Below the pieces are notes generated by a model that was not told the origin of the DNA, made no database searches, and saw only the letters and a list, made by a program, of their open reading frames with translations. The translations under genes and the position numbers were made by a program. From assembly GCA_038231275.1 (NCBI GenBank), contig JBBRLQ010000020.1, positions 64,001-128,000 on the forward strand: DNA of 64,000 nt. Direction: 5' to 3'. Source of the stretch: Polyangiales bacterium. GTDB lineage: Bacteria > Myxococcota_A > Polyangia > Polyangiales > Polyangiaceae. Of the stretch, positions 20,391 through 30,342 are shown piece after piece; position 1 is the stretch's first letter; each line of letters starts with the position of its first letter.

Positions 20391-20415
20391 GCAGAAGTCG
20401 TTTGAGCGGCGCCGC

Positions 20416-21345
20416 TCACGGGCACGTGCCGACGACCCTGCCCATCCACGTCATCCCAGTGAACGGCCCTTCCCATTTCCCGCCGGGCGCGCCCGTGTAC
20501 TCGCGCACGTTGACGCCCTTCTGCGATATCGAGCAGGACATCGATCCGAACGCGCCGGGGGCTTGGTACATGAAGTACTTGTGCTGCGCGACGAGCCGCA
20601 GCGGCGGGAAGATCTCCGCGCCGCGCCAGGTTTGCGTCGCGCTCGCGCCGTCGAGATCGCCCTGGAAGAGCACGGCCCCGGGCTTGTCGCACGCGGCGTC
20701 GCTGTCGAGGATCGCGACCTTGCCCGGCGTCGTGAAGAGCTCGATGCGCGACGCCGCGACGTCGATTTGCGGAACGTACTCGAATGCCGCGCCGCTCCCG
20801 CCGCAGTTGGTCGCGGGAGGCGAGGTGATGTTCACGCCTTCGCCGCACGCGCCGTAGGAGCTCGTCGCTTGAGGAGACGGATCGCCGGTAAAGGAGCAGG
20901 AGCCCGCGTTGACGATGCACGCGTTCGTGACGTGCCATCGGCCCCCGCCGCCAGCGATCGCCTGGCAGACCGCGGTGCCCACGCCGTTCAGACAAGGAAA
21001 CGTACGACCCTCGCCGATGCGGCTGGGGTTGCTAGGCCCACAGCATCCCCCGCCGCCAGTGCCGCACGTCGCGCCCTCGACCGGATCGGGCTCGGGACCG
21101 CCATAGCAACCAGGCGCCGCGCAGGACCACGTCCCTGATCGGCACGAGCAGAACGAGCACCCGTACGTACACTGGAGCCCCTCGGCGGAGCAACCTCCGG
21201 CCGCCGGGGTCGCGGGGCAGCCGGCGGAGTTGCCGTCGGAGCCGCCGTCCGCCGCGTCGCTCCCGACGCCGACGACCGAGCCACCGCACGACGCCAAAAC
21301 CGGGAGGAGCAGCGGCGCAGAGAAGAGGAGGGCCAGGAGGCGCAT
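20416..21345 (-). CDS. Cys-rich lipoprotein, hypothetical
   Basis: LASC lipobox; CP...C...G..CTY...C.C...W.C module. Confidence 0.75.
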   Translation of the reverse strand: MRLLALLFSAPLLLPVLASCGGSVVGVGSDAADGGSDGNSAGCPATPAAGGCSAEGLQCTYGCSFCSCRSGTWSCAAPGCYGGPEPDPVEGATCGTGGGGCCGPSNPSRIGEGRTFPCLNGVGTAVCQAIAGGGGRWHVTNACIVNAGSCSFTGDPSPQATSSYGACGEGVNITSPPATNCGGSGAAFEYVPQIDVAASRIELFTTPGKVAILDSDAACDKPGAVLFQGDLDGASATQTWRGAEIFPPLRLVAQHKYFMYQAPGAFGSMSCSISQKGVNVREYTGAPGGKWEGPFTGMTWMGRVVGTCP

Positions 21346-21458
21346 GCCGCTCCCAAGGGCAAGCGCCGTTCCAGCAGTGTTCTAGCCGCGATCAGCCTGC
21401 TTATTCGCTATTTTGCGTCGTCAGCGCTGTGTCGACGTGTGCCGGGGCGGCTCTGCGG

Positions 21459-22340
21459 TCAGGCCGCGCGCTTCTCGGGCATCGGCGCACGCGCGAGGTG
21501 AACGTCCATCTGCGGGAACGCGATCACGATCCTCTTCTCGCGGAACGCGCGCAGGATGCTCTCGCGAAGCATCGAGCAGTGTCGTCGATGGCCCCACGGA
21601 TCGTGCATCCAGACCGAGACCTCGTAGACGAGCGCGGAGTCGGCGAAGGCGTTCAAGAGCACCAGCGGCGCGTACTCGAGATCGCCCCCTTTGTGCGTCT
21701 TCGCGACCTCTTCGAGGGTCGCGCGGACGAGGGCGGGATCCGAGTCGTAGGCGACGCCGACCGAGACGGCGACGCGGATGAGCGAGTCGTGCAGCGTGAG
21801 GTTTTTGATTGGCTGCTGCACGAGCACGCCGTTGGGGACGAGGATGTCCTCCTCGAAGAGCGTGCGTACTCGGGTCGCCCGGATGCCGAGGTTCATCACG
21901 CGGCAATACTGGCCGTCGATCTCGATGATGTCGTCGATCTTGATCGACTGCTCGACGAGCAAAATGATGCCCGACACGAAGTTCACGGCGACGCCCTGGA
22001 GCGCGAGGCCGATGCCCACGGCGAAGACGGCGGTGGCGGCGATGACGGCGCGAAGATCGATGCCGGCGGTCTCGAGGGCGACGATGACGGCGACGACCAT
22101 GAGGACGTAGCCGATGAGGCGCTCGATCGAGCGCATGCGACGCCCCTCGGCGATCCCGCGTCGTACGAGCGCGCGGTGCATGACGTACCGGAGGACGCGC
22201 GACGCGCCGAACGCGCAGGCGAGGATGAGTCCGATCGCCAGGAGCGTCGCGGGCGTGACCGGACGACCACCCAGCTCGAAGAGCCTGAACCCAAGGACTT
22301 CCCACACCATGCCCTTCACGATCGGGATCGTCGCACCCAT
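21459..22340 (-). CDS. mscS: small-conductance mechanosensitive channel
   Basis: GIGLALQ...NFVSGIILL, IRATRVRT, VGVAYDSD, IAFPQMDVHL. Confidence 0.92.
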   Translation of the reverse strand: MGATIPIVKGMVWEVLGFRLFELGGRPVTPATLLAIGLILACAFGASRVLRYVMHRALVRRGIAEGRRMRSIERLIGYVLMVVAVIVALETAGIDLRAVIAATAVFAVGIGLALQGVAVNFVSGIILLVEQSIKIDDIIEIDGQYCRVMNLGIRATRVRTLFEEDILVPNGVLVQQPIKNLTLHDSLIRVAVSVGVAYDSDPALVRATLEEVAKTHKGGDLEYAPLVLLNAFADSALVYEVSVWMHDPWGHRRHCSMLRESILRAFREKRIVIAFPQMDVHLARAPMPEKRAA

Positions 22341-22424
22341 GGGCGGCGCGGCTCAAATTCCTGGAGATCCGACGCCCACGCACGCCCCTCGCTTGGGGCC
22401 GCTGGGCACGATATAAACGCGCAC

Positions 22425-23372
22425 ATGGCGCGCAGGCCCGTAGCGATCATCGGTGGAGGCTCATGGGGGCTGGCGCTCGCGGCTGCGGCGTCGCGCACGG
22501 GGGAGACGATGCTCCACTCGCGCCGGGCGCTCAACGGCAGCCTCCCCAAGGGCGTGACGCAGGCCCGGGATTTTCGGGAGATCGGCAAGGAGGCGCGCAC
22601 CATCCTGCTCGCCGTGCCGTCCGAGATCGCGCGCGTCGTGCTCCGCGAGCTCGGCGATCACCTCGACGGGCGTCACTTCGTCGTCCATGGCGTCCGCGGC
22701 CTCGCCGGCAACTCCATGACGCGAATCAGCGAGGTCGTCCGCGAAGAGACCCCGGTTCGCCGCGTCGGCGCGGTCGGCGGCCCTGCGCTCGCGGAGGATC
22801 TGCTCGCCGGACGGCCGAGCGTGATGGTCTGCGGCTCGCATTTCCCCGAGGTGAGCACGGCGCTCCGCGAGGCGCTGGGCTGCAACACGCTGCGCCTCTA
22901 CACGACCGACGATCTCGTCGGGCTCGAGTGGGCGAGCGCGCTCGTGGGCTGCCTCGCGATCGGCGTCGGCTACGCGCAGGCGCTGGGCCTGAGCCCGGGG
23001 CTCGTCGCCGCGTACATCTCGCGATCGGTCACCGAGGCGTCGAAGATCGCGGCCGCGGCAGGGGGCGACGAGCGAACCCTCCTCGGGCTCGCCGGCTACG
23101 GCGACTTGCTCGCGTGCGCGGGGCAGACCGAGCGCCCCGAGGTCCTCGTCGGCCGTGCGCTCGCGCAGGGCACCCCGCTCGTCGAGGCGATGCGCGGGAT
23201 CAAGACGCGGATCGAGGCCGTCGACCTCATCCCGCGCGTCGCGGCGTTCGCGGAGTCGAGCAAGGTCAGCTGCCCGATCTTCCATTCGCTGCGCGACGGC
23301 GTGCTCGCCGCGAAGGCCACCGAGGACATCGTCCAGACGCTGATGACCGCGCCGATCGAAGATCGCGGCTGA
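22425..23372 (+). CDS. gpsA: NAD(P)H-dependent glycerol-3-phosphate dehydrogenase-like
   Basis: IIGGGSWGLALA, LAVPS, GGPALAE, DLVGLE, GLAGYGDL; catalytic-motif changes noted in findings. Confidence 0.8.
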   Translation: MARRPVAIIGGGSWGLALAAAASRTGETMLHSRRALNGSLPKGVTQARDFREIGKEARTILLAVPSEIARVVLRELGDHLDGRHFVVHGVRGLAGNSMTRISEVVREETPVRRVGAVGGPALAEDLLAGRPSVMVCGSHFPEVSTALREALGCNTLRLYTTDDLVGLEWASALVGCLAIGVGYAQALGLSPGLVAAYISRSVTEASKIAAAAGGDERTLLGLAGYGDLLACAGQTERPEVLVGRALAQGTPLVEAMRGIKTRIEAVDLIPRVAAFAESSKVSCPIFHSLRDGVLAAKATEDIVQTLMTAPIEDRG

Positions 23373-23395
23373 TCTCCGGCCGCGCGCCCCATCCC

Positions 23396-26300
23396 ATGCG
23401 TCCCGTCACGCTCCGCACGCGCATCCTCGTCCGCGAGCTCGCCAGCGGCGAGGTGCTGGCCATCCCGGTCTGCGATCCCGCGCACGCCAGCTTCGGCGGC
23501 GAAGAGGACGCGCTGCTCGAGCAGTCGATGTTCCTCTCCGAGCACCTCGCGCGCGCGAGGCCGGAGACCGTCGCGCGCTTCGCCATACCGGAGGGCACAC
23601 GTTTGCATATTACACGCGTCCTCGTCCCCCGCGAGGAGCTGCCGCACGCCGTCGCGGTCACCCAGCCGATCGAAATCCCGAGTGTCGTCATCCCGTCCAC
23701 CGCGCGCGCGAAGAGCGACGCATGGGTGGTGATCGTGCCGCTCGACTACACGTTCTTCGTCCCCGCGGGCGAGGACCTGGACGAGGCCGTGAAGAGCGAG
23801 GTGCTCCGCCTCGTCGCCGCGGAGGAGGCGGGCGCGACGCACTACCTCGGCCTCTTGCCGGGCGTTCACGATCGCCTCGAGCCGCTCGACGTGAGGATCG
23901 ATCGCTCGTCCGACGGACCGGCGGGGCGCGCGGCGTCCCATCGCAAGGCGATCGCGCAGCGCGAGAAGCGCAAGCACGCGGTGCTCGTCCTCGAGTCGGT
24001 CGCGACGCCGCTGCATCAAGACGAGGCGCGCGCGCGGCCGATGCTCGGACGCGACGCCGACGCCAAGCTCCTCGCGGGCATTCTGGGCGGCGACGAGCGG
24101 CAGAGCGTGGTCCTGGTCGGCGAGCCGAAGGTCGGCAAGACGGCGCTCTTTCGCGCGTGGCTCGCCGCCGAAGTGGAGGCCGGACGTCCGCGCCTCGTGT
24201 ACGCGACGAGCGGCGCGCAGCTCATCGCGGGAATGAGCGGCCTCGGGCAGTGGCAAGAGCGCGTTCGCCGCGTGATGGACGCCGCGCACACGCTCGACGC
24301 CATCCTCTACTTCGACGATCTCGCCGATCTCTTCAGCGAGCGGGCGCACGGGATCGATCTCGGCGGCGCGATGAAGCCGTGGTTGGAGGAGGGCAGAGTG
24401 CGCCTCGTCGGCGAGCTCGCCAAAGATCGCGCGGAGGTGGTCGAGAGCCGCCACGTCGGCTTCTTCTCGTGCACCAGCCGCATTCGCCTCGAGCCGATGT
24501 CTCCGGTGCAGGCCCTCGTGGCCCTCCGCGCGCACGCCGCGGCCGACGGCAAGCACGAGCCGCACGCCGTTCAGGTCGCCGACGACGCGCTCGTCGCGAT
24601 TTGCGATCTCGCCGAGCGGTACCTCCCCTACGAAGCGTTCCCCGGAAAGGCGGCGCGCTTGTACGACGATCTGCGCGCGAGCCAAGAGCTCGGGAGGAGC
24701 CGCGCAGAGGGTGCACCGGCGCCCCGACTCTCGGCCGGCGACGTGTTCGATTGGTTCAGCGTGCGCACCGGCGTGCCGCCGTTCCTCCTCCGCGACGACG
24801 CGGCGCTCCGGCAGGAGTGGATCGCCGCGCATTTCGATCGACGCTTGATCGGGCAAGATGACGCGAAGGCGCGCGTGCGAGGCACCATCGCCGTCGTGAA
24901 GGCGGGGCTCCAGCCCGCGGGAAAGCCGCTCGCGACGTTCCTCTTCGTGGGCCCCACCGGCGTCGGCAAGACGGAGCTCGCGCGCGCGACGGCGGAGCTG
25001 CTCTTCGGCCACGCCGATCGCCTGGTTCGCTTCGACATGAGCGAGTACACCGACCCGTGGGCGGCCGAGCGCCTGATCCGCGGCACCGAGCGCGGCGACG
25101 GTCTCCTCACGCGAAAAGTGCGCGAGCAGCCGTTCTCGGTCGTGCTCCTCGACGAGATCGAGAAGGCCCACCCCGCGGTGTTCGATCTGCTCCTCCAGGT
25201 GTGCGGCGAAGGGCGCCTCACCGACGGGCGCGGAAAGACCGCGTACTTTCACAACACGATCCTCATCATGACGAGCAACCTCGGCGCCGCGCACCGCAGA
25301 GGCGCGGTCGGCTTCGAGGGGACCGGCGCGTCCGACGACGGGTACTACGTGAAGGAGGTCGAGAAGACGTTCCGGCCGGAGATGGTCAACCGGATTGATC
25401 GCATCGTCGCGTTCCGGACCCTCACGCGCGACGAGATCCGCGCGGTCACGCGCCTCACGGTGGAGCGCGTGCGCACGCGGCGCGGGCTCGCCCAGGGCGC
25501 TTTGGAGCTCGTCGTCTCCGACGCCGCCCTCGCGCACCTCGCGGAGCGCGGCTTCAGCGACGCGTACGGCGCGCGGGCGCTGCGGAGGCACGTCGAGGAT
25601 CACCTCACCACCCCGGTCGCGCGCCTCCTCACGAGCCTGACCCACGGCGGCGGCCGCGACATCGTCGACGTGCGAACGGCCGACGAGCCCGAGTACGAAG
25701 GCACCTCGAACCTCGTCACGCGCGCGTCGTCGGGCGGCCTCGTCTTCTCGCTCCTCGGCAAGCCGCGCGGCCTCACGGCGCCGATGACCAGCGTCTGGGC
25801 CCTCTCCGAATTGCGGCGCGAGCTCCAGAAGTACATGCGCCTCGACCGCGTGACCGAGCTCAAGGCGCAGCTCGAGTTCGTGATCGCGCAGCTCAGCTAC
25901 GGGGAGCCGGGGAAGAAGAAGAAGGGGTCGGAGCTCGCGCGCGCCGGCTCGGAGGTCGGCCGCCTCTCCTCCGAGCACCACAAGCTCCACGAGGTGTGGT
26001 CGGCGCTCGAGGGCGCGTACACGGATCTCCAGAGCGCCGAGGAGCTGGGCTTCGCGGCCTTCTTCGCGGGCGAGCGCTTCGACGCGCTCCTCGAGGAGGC
26101 GCACGCGATCAAGGCGCGCTTCCGCGCGGGGCTCCTCCAGGCGCTCACGTGCCGCGATCCGAAGCGCTTCGGCGTGACGCTGCTCCTCCAGGAGCTCGAC
26201 GACGGCCGCGCGTTCGACGCCTGGCTCGCGCCGCTCCTCGACGCGTGCGACGCGCGAGGCTGGGAGCTGGAGCTTCACGTCGACGCGAACACCAAGGAGG

Positions 26301-26929
26301 ATCGCGCGGGGACCAAGTGGCCCGAAGCGCGCCGCTGGGGTCCGCCGCGAACCGCCAAGGCGTTCAAGGACGTGCTCGGGGATCGGGGTCGAACCTTCAA
26401 GAACGTGCTCCTCCGGGCGCGCGGGCCGAGCGTCGGCATCCTCCTGGGACTGGAGGGCGGCCTCCATCGCTTCCACGACGTGCACCCCGACGTCCGCCCC
26501 TGCCACATGCTCGCGATGCGCATCGCCTTTCGCGCGACGCTCAAGGACGACGACTGGCTCTCGCCGACGATCGCGCCGCCTCTACCCGCCGCCGCCGATC
26601 ACGCGCGCCGACAACAACCCACGCGCGAGGTGCTCGCCAACGAAGGGGTCGTCCACGTCTTCGCCAAGCGCGCGGTCCTCAAGATCCCGCTCGCCGACTA
26701 CTGGTCCCGCTTCGACGAGATCGCGCTCGAGCACCTGCTTCTCTTCGAGACGCGCGACGATCTCGATCGCGACGTGACCCTCGCCGCCATCTTCGAAGAC
26801 GAGTGGGACGACGTCACGGAGCTCGTTCGCCAAGGGCACCTCATCGAGGCGAACAAGCGGTACCGCGAACGCGCGGGAGTCGGGCTCAAGGAGGCGAAGG
26901 ACTACGTCGACTCGCTGAGGGGCAGCTGA
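23396..26929 (+). CDS. ClpA/B-type double AAA+ ATPase 1 with C-terminal RF2-like and bL12-CTD-like modules
   Basis: GEPKVGKT; GPTGVGKTE, FDMSEY, LLDEIEKAH, GRLTD, MTSNLG, YGARALRR. Confidence 0.9.
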   Translation: MRPVTLRTRILVRELASGEVLAIPVCDPAHASFGGEEDALLEQSMFLSEHLARARPETVARFAIPEGTRLHITRVLVPREELPHAVAVTQPIEIPSVVIPSTARAKSDAWVVIVPLDYTFFVPAGEDLDEAVKSEVLRLVAAEEAGATHYLGLLPGVHDRLEPLDVRIDRSSDGPAGRAASHRKAIAQREKRKHAVLVLESVATPLHQDEARARPMLGRDADAKLLAGILGGDERQSVVLVGEPKVGKTALFRAWLAAEVEAGRPRLVYATSGAQLIAGMSGLGQWQERVRRVMDAAHTLDAILYFDDLADLFSERAHGIDLGGAMKPWLEEGRVRLVGELAKDRAEVVESRHVGFFSCTSRIRLEPMSPVQALVALRAHAAADGKHEPHAVQVADDALVAICDLAERYLPYEAFPGKAARLYDDLRASQELGRSRAEGAPAPRLSAGDVFDWFSVRTGVPPFLLRDDAALRQEWIAAHFDRRLIGQDDAKARVRGTIAVVKAGLQPAGKPLATFLFVGPTGVGKTELARATAELLFGHADRLVRFDMSEYTDPWAAERLIRGTERGDGLLTRKVREQPFSVVLLDEIEKAHPAVFDLLLQVCGEGRLTDGRGKTAYFHNTILIMTSNLGAAHRRGAVGFEGTGASDDGYYVKEVEKTFRPEMVNRIDRIVAFRTLTRDEIRAVTRLTVERVRTRRGLAQGALELVVSDAALAHLAERGFSDAYGARALRRHVEDHLTTPVARLLTSLTHGGGRDIVDVRTADEPEYEGTSNLVTRASSGGLVFSLLGKPRGLTAPMTSVWALSELRRELQKYMRLDRVTELKAQLEFVIAQLSYGEPGKKKKGSELARAGSEVGRLSSEHHKLHEVWSALEGAYTDLQSAEELGFAAFFAGERFDALLEEAHAIKARFRAGLLQALTCRDPKRFGVTLLLQELDDGRAFDAWLAPLLDACDARGWELELHVDANTKEDRAGTKWPEARRWGPPRTAKAFKDVLGDRGRTFKNVLLRARGPSVGILLGLEGGLHRFHDVHPDVRPCHMLAMRIAFRATLKDDDWLSPTIAPPLPAAADHARRQQPTREVLANEGVVHVFAKRAVLKIPLADYWSRFDEIALEHLLLFETRDDLDRDVTLAAIFEDEWDDVTELVRQGHLIEANKRYRERAGVGLKEAKDYVDSLRGS

Positions 26930-26931
26930 CG

Positions 26932-29900
26932 ATGCACGTCACCGTCCCGGTCTATCAGAAGCGCGCAGGCCAGAACCTGGAGTGGATCACGCTCGGCCTC
27001 GGCACGCACACCAAGACGCGGGCCGGCACCAACGCGCAGAAAATCCAGGAGAAGCTCACCGACGATCTGCGCCGCGCCGCCGAGGGGGCTCCACCGCGCG
27101 ATCTCCCGTCGTTCCAGCTCAAACGCGGGACTCGCCTCGAGCGCGTGCGCGTCGAGCTCGTGTTGAAGAGCGAGGGACAGAAGCGGAAGCCCTCCGGTCT
27201 CGTCCCGGTGATCGTCGAGCCGCGCGAGGCCGGCGACGGCGCGCGCTTCGTCATCGCGTACCACCCGGCGCGTCAAAGCGAGTGGTTCCCCGTCCGCGAG
27301 GGACAGACGCTGGCCGAGCAAGCCAAGGCGTTCTTCCAAAAGGCGTGGGCGGGCCTCGACGACGAGGCGCTCGGCCTCCTCTGGTCGAACGGCCGCGATC
27401 TGCTGAAAATTCTAGCGTTCTCCTTTCGCCCGCGATCGCTGCTCGACGAGCTGCCCGACAAGAAGAAAGGCATCTGGGACGATCTCGACGCGGATCCGGC
27501 GCGGCAGAAGCAGAAGAAGGCGCCGGCCGGCATGCAGGTCTTGCCGCGGCTCGGCGTCGATCTCACCGCGCGCGCCGAGACTCGCCGCGACCAGGCCAGG
27601 CCGCGCCCGCCCTACCGCGAGCAGCTCCAGAGCCTCCTCTCTGCGGCGAAGAAGCAGTCGACGCTGCTGGTCGGCGCGCACGGGGTCGGGAAATCGACGC
27701 TGCTCGATCAATGGATCTTGGATCTGATGGAGGCGGAGGACTTCCCGTCGCACCGGAACCTCGACCGCGTGACCCACGTGTGGTCGCTGGGCGGCAAGCA
27801 GCTCATCGCCGGGATGTCGTATGTCGGCGATTGGGAGAAGCGCTGCGTCGATTTGCTCGAGGACGTACGCGGTCGCAAGGTGGTCCTCATCGTCCACGAT
27901 TTGCACCTTTTCGGGCAGATCGGCCGCGCGCGGGACAGCGATCGCGCGCTCGCCGATTTCTTCCGCGGGCCGCTCGCGCGCGGGGAGATCGTCCTCGCCG
28001 GCGAGTGCACGGCCGAGCAGCTGCGGCGCCTCGAGGAGGACGCGCCGGCCTTCGCGGCGCTTTTCGCGCGCGTCTTCGTCCGCGAGGCGACGAGCGAGGA
28101 GACCTTCCGCATGATGGTCGGCACTGCGCGGCGGCTCGAGATGGAGAGGAACGTCACGTTCGACGCGTGGGCCTTCCAGACGATCCTCGAGCTCGGCGCC
28201 GCGCTCTTCCCGTCGCACGCGCTGCCGGGAAAGGCCATCGACATGCTCGAGCGCCTCGCCCACGAGCACGACGCGGAAGAAGGCGACGATGCGACCGACA
28301 TCGACGGCGATCTGGTCACCGATCACTTGACCGAGCGCACCGGCCTCCCGTACCGCCTGATCTCTCCGGGCGGCACGCTGAAGCAGAGCGACGTCGAGGC
28401 AGCGCTCGCGCTGAAGGTCATGGGGCAGCCCGAGGCGGTCGCGGCCGCCGCCGATGTCGTGGTGCGCGTGCGCGCAGGGCTCACGGATCCGAAGCGTCCT
28501 TACGCCGTTCATCTGTTCACGGGGCCGACGGGCACCGGCAAGACCGAGCTGGCGAAGGCGCTCGCCGAGTACCTGTACGGCGGGCCGTCGCGCCTCCTCC
28601 GGCTCGACATGAGCGAGTTCGGCTCCGCAGACGCCGTCGCGCGTCTCATCGGCGACGCGTGGACGCCGGACGGTCTCCTCACGAGCGCGATCAAAGAGCA
28701 GCCGTTCAGCGTAGTGCTCCTCGACGAGATCGAGAAGGCGCATCCCGCGGTGCACAACCTCCTCCTCCAGCTCTTCGACGAGGGCCGCCTCACCGACGCG
28801 GCGGGCAACGCGGTGAGCTTCCTCCAGTCGGTCGTGGTGATGACGTCGAACCTCGGCGCACGCACGCGGCCGCCGATGGGGTTCACGGAGGCGCCCGATC
28901 AAGTGATGCTCGAGATCGCGCGCGCGGTGCGCGAGTTCTTCCCGCCGGAGCTGTGGAACCGCATCGATCGCGTCGTGCCGTTCCGGCCGCTCTCGCGCGA
29001 GGTCGCGGTCGACGTGGCGCAGAAGGAGCTCGCGAAGCTCCTCGGCCGACGCGGACTCGCCGATCGCAACATCTTCGTCCACGCCAACCGCGCCGTGGTC
29101 GAGCGGGTCGCCGCCGACGCGTTCCGCCAAGAGGACGGGGCGCGCTCGCTGAAGCGCTTCCTCGAGGATCGCATCGGGTCGCGCCTCAGCGAAGAGATCG
29201 CGAAGGCCCCCAACGCGGCGCTCCAGGTCGTTCGCCTCTTCGACGGTGAGGACGGCTTCGTCCTCGAGCACGAGCCGCTCGTGGAGGCCGAGCCGTGCGG
29301 AGATCGTTTCGCGCTCGAGCCGCTCCTCGAGCTGCCCTTGGCGGACCTCCAGGCGCGCCTCCCGGAGCTGGTGACGAGCCTCGACGAGATCGAGAAGAGC
29401 CCGCGTTTCCTCGCGATCGAGCAGCAAATCATACGTCTCCTCGCCGCCCGGCGCGAGGGACGGGTCGACGCCGGCGACACGATCTTCGATCTGGATTGGA
29501 CGCGCGCGAGCCTGAAGGCGTTCCGCGACAAGATCGAGCGCCTGAGCGTCGCGTCGCGCGATCTCGGATACGAAGAGCTCGAGGCGCGGCAGTTCGGGAC
29601 GCAAGAGGTCGAGGTCGGCGGCGCGCTCGTGCGCATGCGCGTCCTCTCACGCCTCGGCGAGCGAGACTCGGCGCGCGCCATCACGCGGCGTGAGCTCCTC
29701 GAGTGCTTCGCGCAGGTGCAGTTCCTCGCGCGGGCGCTGGGGAAGGTGCATGACCCCACGCAGCACGCCGTGAAGGTGGAGGTGCTGCCGATCGGGAGCG
29801 CGGCGTCGCTCGCGAAGTGGCTCGCGGCAGCCTACGCGGGAAAGTGGGGGCAGCTCGCCGGCTACGCGACGCTCGCGCGCGGGACGGCGCTCGAGGGAAC

Positions 29901-30342
29901 CGACAAGCGCCACCTCGCCGTCGCGCTCGAGGCGAAGCCGGACCTCATCGTGCTGCGCATCCAGGGCATGTGCGTGCGCGACTTCGCGGAGCTCGAGACC
30001 GGCACCCACGTCTGGCAAGGCGCGACGACGGCCCCGGAGCTGGTGCGCGTGCGCGTGCTCACCGACGACGGTCGCCCGCTCGCCGATCACGTCGAGGAGC
30101 ACCGGCGGCGGCGCGACGCGTTCGAGAAGGCCGCGATCGCCCCGGGGCGCGAGGCCGAGAACCCGTCGCGCCTCCTCCCGATCGCACGCACGATCCGCTT
30201 CGATCCGCCGCGCGCCGGCCTGGCCCCGCTCGCGCTCGAGGATTTCGCGATGGGGCACGGCGGGACGTTCCACGTGAAGACGATCGCCGAGGCGCTCGGC
30301 ACGCTGTGGCTCCTTCGCATGACGCGGGAGGCGCGCGCATGA
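26932..30342 (+). CDS. ClpA/B-type double AAA+ ATPase 2 with C-terminal RF-like module
   Basis: GAHGVGKS; GPTGTGKTE, LDMSEF, LLDEIEKAH, MTSNLG, GARSLKR. Confidence 0.9.
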   Translation: MHVTVPVYQKRAGQNLEWITLGLGTHTKTRAGTNAQKIQEKLTDDLRRAAEGAPPRDLPSFQLKRGTRLERVRVELVLKSEGQKRKPSGLVPVIVEPREAGDGARFVIAYHPARQSEWFPVREGQTLAEQAKAFFQKAWAGLDDEALGLLWSNGRDLLKILAFSFRPRSLLDELPDKKKGIWDDLDADPARQKQKKAPAGMQVLPRLGVDLTARAETRRDQARPRPPYREQLQSLLSAAKKQSTLLVGAHGVGKSTLLDQWILDLMEAEDFPSHRNLDRVTHVWSLGGKQLIAGMSYVGDWEKRCVDLLEDVRGRKVVLIVHDLHLFGQIGRARDSDRALADFFRGPLARGEIVLAGECTAEQLRRLEEDAPAFAALFARVFVREATSEETFRMMVGTARRLEMERNVTFDAWAFQTILELGAALFPSHALPGKAIDMLERLAHEHDAEEGDDATDIDGDLVTDHLTERTGLPYRLISPGGTLKQSDVEAALALKVMGQPEAVAAAADVVVRVRAGLTDPKRPYAVHLFTGPTGTGKTELAKALAEYLYGGPSRLLRLDMSEFGSADAVARLIGDAWTPDGLLTSAIKEQPFSVVLLDEIEKAHPAVHNLLLQLFDEGRLTDAAGNAVSFLQSVVVMTSNLGARTRPPMGFTEAPDQVMLEIARAVREFFPPELWNRIDRVVPFRPLSREVAVDVAQKELAKLLGRRGLADRNIFVHANRAVVERVAADAFRQEDGARSLKRFLEDRIGSRLSEEIAKAPNAALQVVRLFDGEDGFVLEHEPLVEAEPCGDRFALEPLLELPLADLQARLPELVTSLDEIEKSPRFLAIEQQIIRLLAARREGRVDAGDTIFDLDWTRASLKAFRDKIERLSVASRDLGYEELEARQFGTQEVEVGGALVRMRVLSRLGERDSARAITRRELLECFAQVQFLARALGKVHDPTQHAVKVEVLPIGSAASLAKWLAAAYAGKWGQLAGYATLARGTALEGTDKRHLAVALEAKPDLIVLRIQGMCVRDFAELETGTHVWQGATTAPELVRVRVLTDDGRPLADHVEEHRRRRDAFEKAAIAPGREAENPSRLLPIARTIRFDPPRAGLAPLALEDFAMGHGGTFHVKTIAEALGTLWLLRMTREARA

